Positions 11,423-22,716 of a DNA stretch of 64,000 nt are shown here, one piece after another. The translations under genes were made by a program, and so were the position numbers. The DNA is from Harriotta raleighana (Eukaryota). The notes under the pieces were generated by a model. The model did not search any database. It was not told the DNA's origin and saw only the letters and a program-made list of their open reading frames with translations. Within the stretch, counting starts at the first letter, position 1. Every line of letters begins with the position of its first letter. Where the stretch lies: contig JBNZDD010013451.1 of NCBI GenBank assembly GCA_050575255.1, positions 373,724-437,723 of the forward strand, in the 5' to 3' direction.

Positions 11423-14400
11423 TAGTTCCAGTATCCTCAACAACTGAATTTAAGATTCCTTAAAGCCAAAAGCCTTGCTTACTAAGACATTCACTGGCTA
11501 AAACTTTCTCATTCCCTTGAAGATTACTGTGAAGTTATGTTCACCATATGGGAGCAGTGTTGAACAGCTGAATATCAATCACTATGGGTTCTCTTAATTT
11601 CTCCCAAATCTTGTTGTGCAAAATGATTGTTACACTGAATGATTGAGGTGATACGTGTAATTGTTGCATTGTCTTATTGTAGCATTCTTATTGGAGGTTT
11701 GACATATACATGATATATGTAGAGTATTAGATTTCAATGGTTAACATTAGCAGCTGAGATAATGAGTGCCTTGAAAAGCAGGCGGATTTGAAAGTCTCTG
11801 TGAATTTTTCTTCCAACAAAATCCCCAGTGCCTACTACCTCCCAGTTAGGTTTGATTCCAAGGCTGCTCATCCTGTGCAAGTTTGCCTACATATCATTTG
11901 TTCAGAACAAAAATTGAGTTGGCCGCACTAGTCAATTGAATACTGCAACATGATGAGCTTTTTCATGTCCAAGATTAAAAAAAACCTGGTCATTTCATCT
12001 CCTTTTGCAGTTCGGCTCCTTGCACAAATTGAAAAATAGGGTTCATTGATGCAGCAATCTGTCAGCCTGATGAGGGTGATCACATCCTTCCAACCAAAGG
12101 AAACGAGTTAAGAAGCTGCAATAGTGAGTGGAAAAATCAGTGCTGAAGCTTTATGTATTTTTTATTTTATTTTTTTGAAAGCTTTCTTTTGAGTTCTCGG
12201 AATTTGCCCTGGTCTTTGTTTAGTTTGAATTTGTTCAGTGCTTGATTCAGTTTTATATGGAGATGGTTACTTACAATTCCTTACCCATTGCCCAGTGAAA
12301 AGGTGTCAGATACTGTGCAATAAACATCAGTCTTTTTTTCTAACCCGAATACTATTACTGTGAGTACATCTGCAACCACATTAGAGTTTTATCTTCCCCT
12401 TTTCAGATGAGCCTCTGATGCCCTCAAGTTCCCAAAACAAATGTCCAGTTTGGATGTGGGGGGAAGGGAAATGGTAATGCTGACTGTTAGAAAATTAATC
12501 TGTTTTCATAGCTTAATTCAGCTGGATATGTGCGCTTCTGGGCATTGAGTGAGGATAGGTTTGATTGCAATGCTGCTAGCAAAGTCTTTTCCCATAGTCG
12601 AATAGCTTCTTGATCCTTCCTGAATAAACCCACACATAATAAATAATACTGAGGTACCACAGGGCAACTGGGATGCATAGAACCATAGCCCAGTGGAAGG
12701 AAACATAAATCAAATGCTAACTTTGAAGGTTCATGAGCAAAATGGATGAAAGATAAAAATGAGAGTTGTCAAATCTTCTGTGGATCACTTTCCAGAAGAA
12801 TGAAGAATTCCATTTGCTGAAACAGGGAGTAAGGGAATGCTTAAAACACCTCCTTGTCCACACAGCCCATCTTAATTCTACAGCAGCTGATGCCTCTTTT
12901 CAGTATTGAGATGAAATATTCTCCTCTTTATATGGCACTTAAGAAAATAATTTTGCCTAGATACAGCATGTTGTTAATAATCTATTTCAAGTACTGCCTT
13001 AGGTGGTCCTCCTGATCCATCTGAAATTAGTGTGTTCCTTCTCCTTCCCCCAACTACAGTGAGAATCAAATCTTTTATTACAATACATTATCCTTTCTTT
13101 TTTTTAATAAAAAGCTGAAAATCCACAATACCTTAGTATCATTGACACCCTGAAGAGAAAGCAAAGCTGTATTAGACAGCATCCTCCATTGGATTGATCT
13201 GATGTAGGGTTCAACCTAGCACATCAATGCAATTTCAGAATGAACGTTCTGTAGCCCCGATTATTAACAAACCCACAAAAAGTAATGGTGCCCTTTTAAA
13301 ATTCTGTCCATTAAAGTGTAGGTTTTTTTTGGTCTACGTAATTAAAACCAGTTTCCTACTGTATTTCAAAATATATATTATTTGATCAGACAGAATAGTA
13401 TAATGTTTTCCAGAAAATAATACTGATTTGTTCTACAGGGTTTTTTTTTAACAATCAAAACTAATTATTGCTGAATTAAAAATAACCGAATGATTATTGA
13501 AGAAGAACTAATGGCAGTTTCAAATTCTAGAAGGTAAAACATATTATCGGATTGCTTTTTTGTTTTCAAAAGACCTGAAGAAATTATGTTGAATGTGTTG
13601 TGAAGATTTTAAGTGCCAGATTGATTCACACTAATTAAATTAGTTACTTTTTCGGTGAATAATTTATATAATTCAATTTGTTAGGAAGATTTACAAATCC
13701 TGACCTATCTGATCTATGGGGACATGTGCAATGGACAGGTTTCCAAATCTTTAGAACGAAAAGGGAATTGGCTGTGGCTTGACTTTGTGAAATAAGTAAG
13801 CCTGTTTGATGTGTTTTATCCATACAGAGATATATAGTAGTTCCTTTCTGTCCAATTTCATGAATGCCAAATACCTACACGATAAAACAAATGTTCCTTT
13901 GGGAGAAAAAAAAGACTTTACCAGCCAATGGAGCAATCAGCTGTAAGTTTTAAGAGCCCCAATAGCACAAAGAAGCAAGCTGAACTCAAGCCAATCAACT
14001 GTAATAGTCATTGTGTCCCCTTATGGCATGTCTCTTGTTCAAAATGTTCATCTGTAATTTTATTAGTCAGTGTCACATATGACTACAACTAACATTGTAT
14101 TCAATTTTTGTTTTTTGTTCTATCGTAGTGGTGCTCGTAATAATTAAATGCATGAAACTACTTGGACCAACAAAATGCAAGTGGGGTTACTATCTGCTTT
14201 TAACATACTGCCGCTGATATGAACGAGAACTTATTGCAAAATGGTTACCATTTTACCAATTGGGCCTGCCCGTGTTTGAAGGTTAGAAATAGTTTGAAGG
14301 ATAAGTAAAGTATTGATACAACTATTTGGTTTGTGTATTAAAAAGTAAGGCATTAACCCAGTTTGTTCGTATACCAGTAGCTAATAGACTTACGGAGATG

Positions 14401-15670
14401 ATCACAGTTTTTAAAATGTGATTCACAATGAAATAGAATTTGTAAATGTACACTGTACATATTCCAAATGCTCTAGTTCAGAGTGGCAAAGCACAATTCA
14501 ATTTTTAAAATATATATATATATATATGTGAGAAAATCTGCTTTCCTCAAATTGCACTGGGCACACAAATGCTACACAATAAAGTTTGGGGAGGAAGCTT
14601 TGATATTCTCTATACTTCCCACGATTTTGTGGTGCAACCATGTCTTGTGTTATAGCAATGTTAAGTATCCATCGAGTATGACTAACCGATGGATCTTTTT
14701 CACTTCATGTTGGCATCATGACAGTTTACATTCAGAACTGACCAAAACTGTTTTCTGTACATTAGATACCATTGTGTATCCTATACCCACAAATACCACC
14801 CAAAGCTAAACTATTGTATGGTTTTCTCCATGGATGAAACAATTGATAGACTGTTGTAGACACAACAGCAACTCAAGATGACTTATTTGTTAAAATGGCT
14901 TGCTGTACAAGGCATGTCATTCACATACAAGGTTGGATTCTTCAATTTGCATTTCTTGCAGACTTATTCCGGGCATGTTTTGGTGCACTAATATCTATTA
15001 TACACAGGATATACTACTTGAAGAGTAAAATCTGAGGTAGGACTGTCAAAATGATGCACTCACCCCAGTGAAATTGATGGAAAGCAAAAAATGCAACGTA
15101 CCTCAGCATATTGTATCAAGATAAATGTTTCAGTGGATTTAACAGTGGAAACAAAACCTCATGACATTTCTCAAACTTCAATAATGTTTATTAACACGAT
15201 CACTCTTTATTTTCATGGGAAATCCATTGGATGAGCAATGGAGGTTATTCATCAGTGACTGGTGTTTCAAGTTGAATTCCAACATCAGGTGCAGTCACTG
15301 TCTCGCAGTGACAAGACCAGGGCCTTTTTACTGCAATTGCACGGCTACTGTTTCAGTGTTAAGACTGCTTTAAAATTGTGAATGAATTAAAATGGTTACT
15401 GGCACTGATTGAGATTAGCAATATTTAACCTTGGTGTGGTATACTGCTCATTTTGTACTGTTGTCAGTTATTTAAATTTTAAGATTTTTTAATAGCTCAT
15501 TTTTTTGTAATTGTATTGAATGATATCATCATGTTCCTGAGGTATTGTGTTTGGGAATATTTGATTTTTTTTTAAAGAAACAAAACCTTCACTACAAAGC
15601 AGTAACCATTTTCACAATGAAAATTCATAACTATATACTGAATAAATTATTGATTTTCAAAAGGCTGTTT
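11423..15670 (+). other. TTYH2: Putative long 3'UTR of TTYH2
   Basis: AT-rich and free of recognisable interspersed repeats; ends at AATAAA 15641-15646 followed by a GT/T-rich tract; internal AATAAA at 12319 and 13106. Confidence 0.6.
15641..15646 (+). terminator. Likely distal polyadenylation signal of TTYH2
   Basis: AATAAA with downstream GGCTGTTTGTTTTTATTTT, just before the repeat-dense region starts. Confidence 0.55.
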
Positions 15671-16094
15671 GTTTTTATTTTCATAACTAAATGTTTGGAA
15701 TGTAAAACTTTAATATGCAGCATTTTAATATCCCCCATTCTGGGATAGAATTGCATAATGCAACAAAACCACACATGCATTGAACTCTCAGTAGTTTAGT
15801 TTGGAGATGTTTATCCATGCAAAATGAGTTGTTGGCTTCCCCCCACCCCACCAAATGGAGTTGGTGGTTGGGATTAGAGGGGCAGAGAGGATAAGGGTAG
15901 GATGGCGATCGAAGGACTGGTTGGTGAGGATCTTGAGACAGACCTCGAAGGAAGGAATGAGGCAAAAGGACTGAGATGGAAGGTAGTCTGTGCTCTGGGA
16001 TGCTACCCGACGGGAGGGGCGCTAGATAAATACAAGTTGTGGAGTTCAGAAAGGTGGGACAGGGAGTAAAGAAAAGGTTTTCAAAGCATACTGT

Positions 16095-16830
16095 GGTGTG
16101 CTTTGAGATGTCCAGAAGACATGATAAAGCGCTATATCAAAATGCAAGGGTTAAATTAAAAAATAATAATAAACATTCTTCAAATTGATATGGTGCTTTC
16201 CTAGACATTTCAAAGTGCTTCACATAATATACTGTAATAATAATATTAATCCTTGTATTTATATAGTGCTTTCCACATCTTATCAACGTCTCAAAGCGCT
16301 TCACAGAATACAACGACGTCCCAGAGAAGAGCAGGGGAGGGGTCGGTGTGGGGAGAAGAAAAAAGGGAAGAAAGTGGTGGGGTGGGGGGGCGGGGAAAGA
16401 GGTAGGGAACCAGAGCGGGTGGGGGGACGGGTCGTGTTAGGGGGAAGGAGAGTAGGAAAATTGTCTATTTTGGGGCGAAACGCGTGCAGCCAAGTTGCGC
16501 ACAGCAGCGTCCCACAAACAGTCGTGGAAGTGGGGCCAGGGACGAAAGGGGGGGGGAAGAGGGCAAGNAGTGCTTTCCACATCTTATCAACGTCTCAAAG
16601 CGCTTCACAGAATACAACGACGTCCCAGAGAAGAGCAGGGGAGGGGTCGGTGTGGGGAGAAGAAAAAAGGGAAGAAAGTGGTGGGGTGGGGGGGCGGGGA
16701 AAGAGGTAGGGAACCAGAGCGGGTGGGGGGACGGGTCGTGTTAGGGGGAAGGAGAGTAGGAAAATTGTCTATTTTGGGGCGAAACGCGTGCAGCCAAGTT
16801 GCGCACAGCAGCGTCCCACAAACAGTCGTG
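16095..16830. mobile_element. Cluster of SINE tail fragments in both orientations, partly duplicated by assembly
   Basis: Tail motifs at ~16095-16150 (+) and ~16245-16530 (-); the block is repeated after the n at 16568. Confidence 0.7.
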
Positions 16831-17075
16831 TAAGTNNNNNNNNNNNNNNNNNNNNNNNNNNNNNNNNNNNNNNNNNNNNNNNGCTATATGCTGTGATTGT
16901 ATTGTATGCTGTGATTATTAATCTGGCCTTGCTAACTAACCAGCTCACTTGCTGACTAACCATTTGAGGGTAAGGAACCAGCTGGTGTATTACATACACC
17001 TGGCCGGGAGGTGTCGCTGTTTGCTTGGGGGGGGGGGGGGTTGTTGCCTGATAAGAGTCTGCGCAATGCCTCCCT

Positions 17076-17145
17076 CCAATTGGCTTGTAACAGTTTTGTG
17101 TTGTTGCTAGGATACAGTAAACAATCAGCCAGAGTCAGGCTGGAG
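17076..17145 (+). promoter_or_regulatory. Putative DNAI2 promoter / non-coding first exon: CCAAT box, RFX X-box, Forkhead site, splice donor
   Basis: CCAATTGG 17076-17083; GTTGCTAGGATAC 17103-17115; GTAAACA 17117-17123; GAG|GTGGGT at 17145/17146; the DNAI2 ATG exon starts with an acceptor, implying an upstream non-coding exon. Confidence 0.6.
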
Positions 17146-17974
17146 GTGGGTGTGAGAGTGTGTGTGAGTGTGTGTGTGTGTGAGAGAGAGAGAGAGACAG
17201 TCACTACAGTAGAGCACTCACTCACTAGGGGGAAGGGGACACTGCTCTCACAGTTCATTCTGAAATAATGGGTTTAAACTGATCTCTGGNNNNNNNNNNN
17301 NNNNNNNNNNNNNNNNNNNNNNNNNNNNNNNNNNNNNNNNNNNNNNNNNNNNNNNNNNNNNNNNNNNNNNNNNNNNNNNNNNNNNNNNNNNNNNNNNNNN
17401 NNNNNNNNNNNNNNNNNNNNNNNNNNNNNNNNNAGGAGCCTTCATCTTGAAATCTGGATTGAAATGCCTTGAGTTCCAGGTTTGGAAGTTCCTCTTGTTT
17501 CAGTTTGTTTCCCTCCTGCTTTACACCTCACCCTTTTCTCATGGGAGTTTGGATCAGGAAAGTTCATATCTTCCTTCCCTCCACCTCCTCCTCCTCCTCC
17601 TCCCCCCCTTTATCCCCTTTTCAACATATGAATTTCTTTCTTCTGAGAAGGGATACAGCAATCCTTTCACCAACGCTGGGTAGAGGGTAATTAATGACTG
17701 CAAACAGCTCTTCGGGGTGTGTTGGTAGATGTCAGGACTCATTTTATACAGCACCCACACCATATCCAGGAGTACACATACCAGAAACAAAACAGCTAGA
17801 GGCATGGATGGGAGGGTAGGGCAGGGTATTCTGGAAGGTAAGGAGATCAAATGGGGCCAAAAGATTACCAGCAGTATTAATTTTAAAGCTATGATCAGCT
17901 GTGAGAGTAGTTGCAGATCTGTTTGCTCACACCTTTCTCCCTCTATTCCTGAAACGCTTCCACCACTTCTTCCA

Positions 17975-18310
17975 ACAACAAACAAGCAACTTGCATTTAT
18001 CTAGCGCGCTTCACGCAGGGCGGCGCCTTAGAGCGCTTGACAGTGGGCTAGCCTGACACCGGGGAGGGGGGGTTAGGGGGGAGGTGACTGTAGGGACACT
18101 CAAAGAGGAAGGTTTTCAGCCCCGACTGAAAAAAAGACGGGGGGGGGAAGGAAGGGGCAAGGCGAAGGGATTGAGGAAGAGCGTTCCAGAGTTTCTGAGC
18201 CGACGGTGGAACGGAGGGCTCTGAGGGGCATTTATTTATTTATCTTTATTTATTTATATATTATATTTATATAGCGCCTTTCACGTCAGGAGGACGTCCC
18301 AAGGCGCTGT
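17975..18310 (-). mobile_element. L2 LINE 3' fragment plus an extra tail
   Basis: Minus strand CTCTGGAACGCTCTTCCTCAATCCCTTCGCCTTGCCCC...CTGAAAACCTTCCTCTTTG resembles 7905-8215; L2 tails at ~17990 and ~18270. Confidence 0.65.
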
Positions 18311-18489
18311 ACGGTCCAAGTGGTGGGGAGGGGTCGGGGGAAGAAAAGCAGGAAAAAACTGACTGTATATTTGTGGATGCGGGGGGGTGTGGGGGGGGGG
18401 GGGGGGGGGAGATCTAAACAGAAGATTGGTGAAGAATTTGTGAAATGTGCTGATGGTGGGGTCGCGGATCTTGTACCTGTGTAGGCGCC

Positions 18490-18672
18490 ATGGAAATCGT
18501 TTACGTCTACACCAGAATCCGGAATGAATTCGGCAGACAGTGCAACTTCTCGGACCGCCCGGCCGAGCTACACGTCGACATCATCCCAGATCCCAAGTTG
18601 TCCGACAACTTCATCAGCAGAAATCCTTGCGATGTGTCTGTGCAATGCTCCAAAGTGTTGTCCGAGCACGAG
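18490..18672 (+). CDS. DNAI2: Dynein axonemal intermediate chain 2, first coding exon
   Basis: GTAG|GCGCCATGG (good Kozak); encodes MEIVYVYTRIRNEFGRQCNFSDRPAELHVDI...SEHE, matching the recalled DNAI2 N-terminus; GAG|GTAAGG donor. Confidence 0.95.
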
Positions 18673-19122
18673 GTAAGGGAGCAGCGAATAGTTACCGACG
18701 GCTTTTTTGCGGGGTTTAGAAACTTGGGAGACGACAAATCCTCAGTGCAGTAGAATATTTCCCAGGGGAGAGAGGGCTACGGTGGGAGGGTATGATCTGC
18801 CCAAGTGCGCAATCCAGGGAGCAGGCAGAGTAAGGCTATTAGAGGATGTGGGGGATAGAGCAGGGCATCGGGATTACAACGGATGGCTTGTTGGTGGAAC
18901 AAAGATAGCTGTGTATAGTGTATTTCTCCTCCGTACGATGATAAGGGCTTGCTTTGCTATAATGTCAGCTGAGGTTATCAGATCAGAGAATTCAGCCCAA
19001 TTGTCGCTGATCAGATTCAGGCCTCCCTCCCTTGTAACACACGGAAGCCGCCGGAGGAAGTAAAACGATCTGATGCATTGCGGTCAGTTTTGCAGTGATT
19101 ACTCGCTCACTCGCTCACTATA

Positions 19123-19723
19123 CAGGCAGTCCTCAAGTTACGTCAGGGTTAGGTTCCTAAGATGTGGTGTAACTCGAATTTGTATGCAAGTCGAGTCACC
19201 CCCCTATAATGCTTACAGTAACATACAGTGATTGGTTGTAGTGTATAGTGAGCTGCCCTCTCTCCCCTGCTCCCCTCCTAATATGTACAGTACTGTAAAT
19301 AAAATGAAATATTACTGGCTTCATTGTGAGCTTGACATGCGATGTAGCGCAACACAGATCACACGCGAAGTAGCGCAACACAGGAGATCACACGCGACGT
19401 AGCGCAATGCAGATCACACGTGACGTAGCGCAACGCCTAAAGGCTGGAGAGTACTGTCCCGCCGAGCTCACAGCCTCACACAGTACCTGTACAGTACACA
19501 CTCGCGTCTCGCCTCCATCCTGTTCCTGAACGCGTATCGTGGTCCCGTAAGTGTTGAGAGCGGCGACTCCAGGTATCTATCGCGCGTGGGGCAACTAAAG
19601 TGTTTACATAGCAGTGTCGTAACTTCGAGAACTCGGATGTAACTCGGACGTAATTTTACTGATTTTAAGTGTCGTAACTTCGAATTGTCGTACCTCGAAA
19701 CGTCGTAACTAGAGGACTGCCTG
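19123..19723. mobile_element. Non-autonomous Tc1/pogo (Tigger-like) DNA transposon, 601 bp
   Basis: TIRs CAGGCAGTCCTC(A/T)AGTTACG at both ends, flanked by TA on both sides; subterminal TCGTAACT repeats. Confidence 0.85.
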
Positions 19724-19749
19724 TACTCACAGAACACTGAAATCTGGTT

Positions 19750-19950
19750 GTAATAATAATTCGTAAGAATAATAATACTTGCATTTGACATGGCGCTTGT
19801 TCACATCTTCTAGACGTCTCAAAGCGTTTCACAGAACACACTCGAAAGTGAATTGACTTGTGTATTTGTGGGGGGAAACGTGGCAGCCAATTGCGCACAG
19901 CAGTCGTGGAATGAAATGACCAATTTTGTTATTGAGCATTTTTTTTGGGG
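19750..19950 (-). mobile_element. SINE 3' half
   Basis: CTTGCATTTGAC...AGACGTCTCAAAGCG...GGCAGCCAATTGCGCACAGCAG. Confidence 0.8.
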
Positions 19951-20200
19951 GGAAGAGGAAAGTNTTTACAACAACAACAACAACAACAACAATAAAATTA
20001 CGCTTATGTGGAGCCTTTCCACGTCAGGAGAACGTCCCAAGGCGCTGGTTTGAAGGATAACAGCTTGAGTGTCACAGTTGATGGCTTTTACTTTGTCAAA
20101 GATAGGAAGTTTTAGCTAGATTCTGCCCCCCCCCCCCCCTTAAAGTTATTGGAACCTGCCCAAGCGCAGCAGTTTTCACAGATTTTCCTTCCACTCTGAG

Positions 20201-20362
20201 GCGAACACGGTTCGCTTCCAAACAGAAAACCGAGGGATTAACCACGTGGAGGGAGGCTGGCCAAAGGACGTCAATCCCATGGAGCTGGAGCACACCATTC
20301 GCTATCGAAAGAAAGTAGAAAAGGACGAGAACTACATCAACACAATTGTGCAGCTGGGTGGC
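20201..20362 (+). CDS. DNAI2: DNAI2 coding exon 2 (GAG acceptor)
   Basis: Encodes [54 protein letters not shown]; GGC|GTAAGT donor. Confidence 0.93.
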
Positions 20363-20653
20363 GTAAGTACGGTGGAAACCCAGTTGTAAAATGTTCTCCC
20401 CCCCCCCTATGTCATGGGGGAACTCCATCCCGCCAGTCACTTTCACTCGCTCCCTCTCTTGCCTCCTTCGAGGCCCATTGGGAATTCCTCCCAATGAAGA
20501 AGAATTCCTCCCAATGTTGTGGATGTTGAATTTGATTCACTTGTAGCCTAAATGGGGGGATGGGAGGGGTGGAGGGGGGTGGGGGGTGGTTGGATATGGA
20601 CTGCTTACTTCCCCGCGTAAACTGCAGCCAAAGCAAGCAAGCAAAACTGCCAT

Positions 20654-21157
20654 CCAGAGTTGCTGTAACTCTCCAGAGTTGCTGTAACTCTCCAGAGTTG
20701 CTGTAACTCTCCAGAGTTGCTGTAACTCTCCAGAGTTGCTGTAACTCTCCTGAGTTGCTGTAACTCTCCAGAGTTGCTGTAACTCTCCAGAGTTGCTGTA
20801 ACTCTCCAGAGTTGCTGTAACTCTCCAGAGTTGCTGTAACTCTCCAGAGTTGCTGTAACTCTCCAGAGTTGCTGTAACTCTCCAGAGTTGCTGTAACTCT
20901 CCAGAGTTGCTGTAACTCTCCAGAGTTGCTGTAACTCTCCAGAGTTGCTGTAACTCTCCAGAGTTGCTGTAACTCTCCAGAGTTGCTGTAACTCTCCAGA
21001 GTTGCTGTAACTCTCCAGAGTTGCTGTAACTCTCCAGAGTTGCTGTAACTCTCCAGAGTTGCTGTAACTCTCCAGAGTTGCTGTAACTCTCCAGAGTTGC
21101 TGTAACTCTCCAGAGTTGCTGTAACTCTCCAGAGTTGCTGTAACTCTCCTGAGTTGC
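20654..21157. repeat. 19-bp minisatellite (CCAGAGTTGCTGTAACTCT), ~26.5 copies
   Basis: Near-perfect tandem units; CCTGAG variant in units 6 and 27. Confidence 0.97.
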
Positions 21158-21179
21158 GTTTGGTTGCTCTCTCTCGCAG

Positions 21180-21304
21180 TTGATGGAGCACTGCATCAAG
21201 CAGAACAACGCAATCAACATTTACCAGGAATACTTCGATGAGGAGGTCGACGCAATGGAAACCACCCAAGAGGCTCTATCGGCGAAAACTACCAATGTCT
21301 TCAG
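21180..21304 (+). CDS. DNAI2: DNAI2 coding exon 3
   Basis: CGCAG| ... AG|GTGAGG; encodes [22 protein letters not shown]...SAKTTNVFR. Confidence 0.94.
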
Positions 21305-21497
21305 GTGAGGGTTCTCCGCGTCGTCTGATGCCTGACAAGACGCAAAAAATTATTCAGTTTGAATAAAATTAGAAATCTTATCATTTACAAACCTCTCTCA
21401 CACACACGCATAGGCGCACAACACACACACATATCAGATTGTCCTCAAGCTTTCTTTAAGCGCTGACCTGAGTTAGCCCTTTGTTTTTGTTTAACAG

Positions 21498-21640
21498 AGA
21501 CCCGAATAGAATCAAACGGACAGTGTCCCACCTCTCGTGGCACCCGGATGGGGCGAGGAAGCTGGCCATCGCCTACTGTTGCCTCGAGTTTCAACGAGCT
21601 TCTCCAGAAATGAACCTGGACTCGTACATCTGGGACCTGG
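21498..21640 (+). CDS. DNAI2: DNAI2 coding exon 4
   Basis: AACAG| ... G|GTGAGG; encodes [33 protein letters not shown]...SYIWDL (WD40). Confidence 0.95.
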
Positions 21641-22602
21641 GTGAGGGAGCGAAATTAGGCTGTCCGTGGGACAACAATCCTTGCATTTGATACGGCATCC
21701 CAAATGGGACTAATTTGCGGGTTAATCGAGAATCCAGCAGGGAAAAGTGCACCTCGTATGAGAGGGAATGTTATTAACAACAATAATAATAATAATGAAA
21801 ATATTCCTCGCATTTGATAGAGCGTCGTTTTCGCGACTCCTAGACGTCGTCTGAAAGCGCTTCACTGAATATACTGTAAAGCCAATCGACTGCGTAATTT
21901 GGTGGTCAAAACGCTGGAGCCAATGGCGCTCAGGGGCGACCCCACAAACAGCCGTGGTACTGAACGAATCATTTTCTAAAAGAACACCCAATTAAGCTCC
22001 ACATTTTGGTAAGAATTTCCACACGCCACCAAAACATACAGTCGCTTCACTTTACAGTGTATTCTGCGAGGCGGCTGGAGGCGTCCAGAAGACGTGAAAA
22101 GCCGCTAACTCACCAAACGCGACAAGAAGCGGACATTTTGCTGTTGGGAGAGGTTCGACTGATTGCGCCAGCCCTTACGTGGCGGTAAGATCGCGGCTAG
22201 TTTTTGCGCCAGGGATCTGATCAGAGTTGCTGCTGGGTTGAGCTCAGGGTCACCAGAAAAGAATCGCCAGAGAAGAAGTGTTCAAAACTGTGGTCGCCCC
22301 CAAACAATCGGAGACTTGTGAGCGCAGCCTGGACTCGTCTACTCCCCAGCAATGGTGAGAGCAACAATGCGTGGGGCAATCCTTCCTTGGCTGATTTGCT
22401 GCTCGTGGACTAGAGTCACTCAAGGTTCATGTCGCTTCAGCTAAAAAGGCCTCTTAACTGGAAGCTGATCGACCGTGAATAATTCGTACTGTAGTTTGGG
22501 AGTTTACGCCCCCCCGCCAGACGAAGGTCGTTGCTTGAATGGTTTTAACGCTGACTGTATGGTCGGAGGGATGTACATCGAATTGTTATTTTATTTCCAC
22601 AG

Positions 22603-22716
22603 AACACCCCAGTAAGCCAGACATGGCTCTCAGACCTTTCACCCCTCTCGTCTCACTGGAATACAACCCCAAAGATCCGCACATTCTCGCCGGAGGCTGC
22701 TACAACGGACAGATCG
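22603..22716 (+). CDS. DNAI2: DNAI2 coding exon 5
   Basis: CACAG| ... G|GTCAGT; encodes EHPSKPDMALRPFTPLVSLEYNPKDPHILAGGCYNGQI. Confidence 0.95.

Noticed and set aside
16266-16830. ~260-bp tandem duplication and associated 86-174 aa ORFs
   Set aside because: Essentially identical copies joined at a single n indicate an unmerged contig overlap. The ORFs are G-rich low-complexity sequence.
20654-21157. CRISPR-like array of palindromic repeats
   Set aside because: Units are directly adjacent with no unique spacers, the context is a vertebrate intron, and there are no cas genes.
20412-21269. 285-aa and 227-aa minus-strand ORFs with ([19 protein letters not shown])n
   Set aside because: Three 19-bp units give a 19-aa stop-free period on the minus strand. 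This is a by-product of the minisatellite, antisense to a DNAI2 intron and exon.
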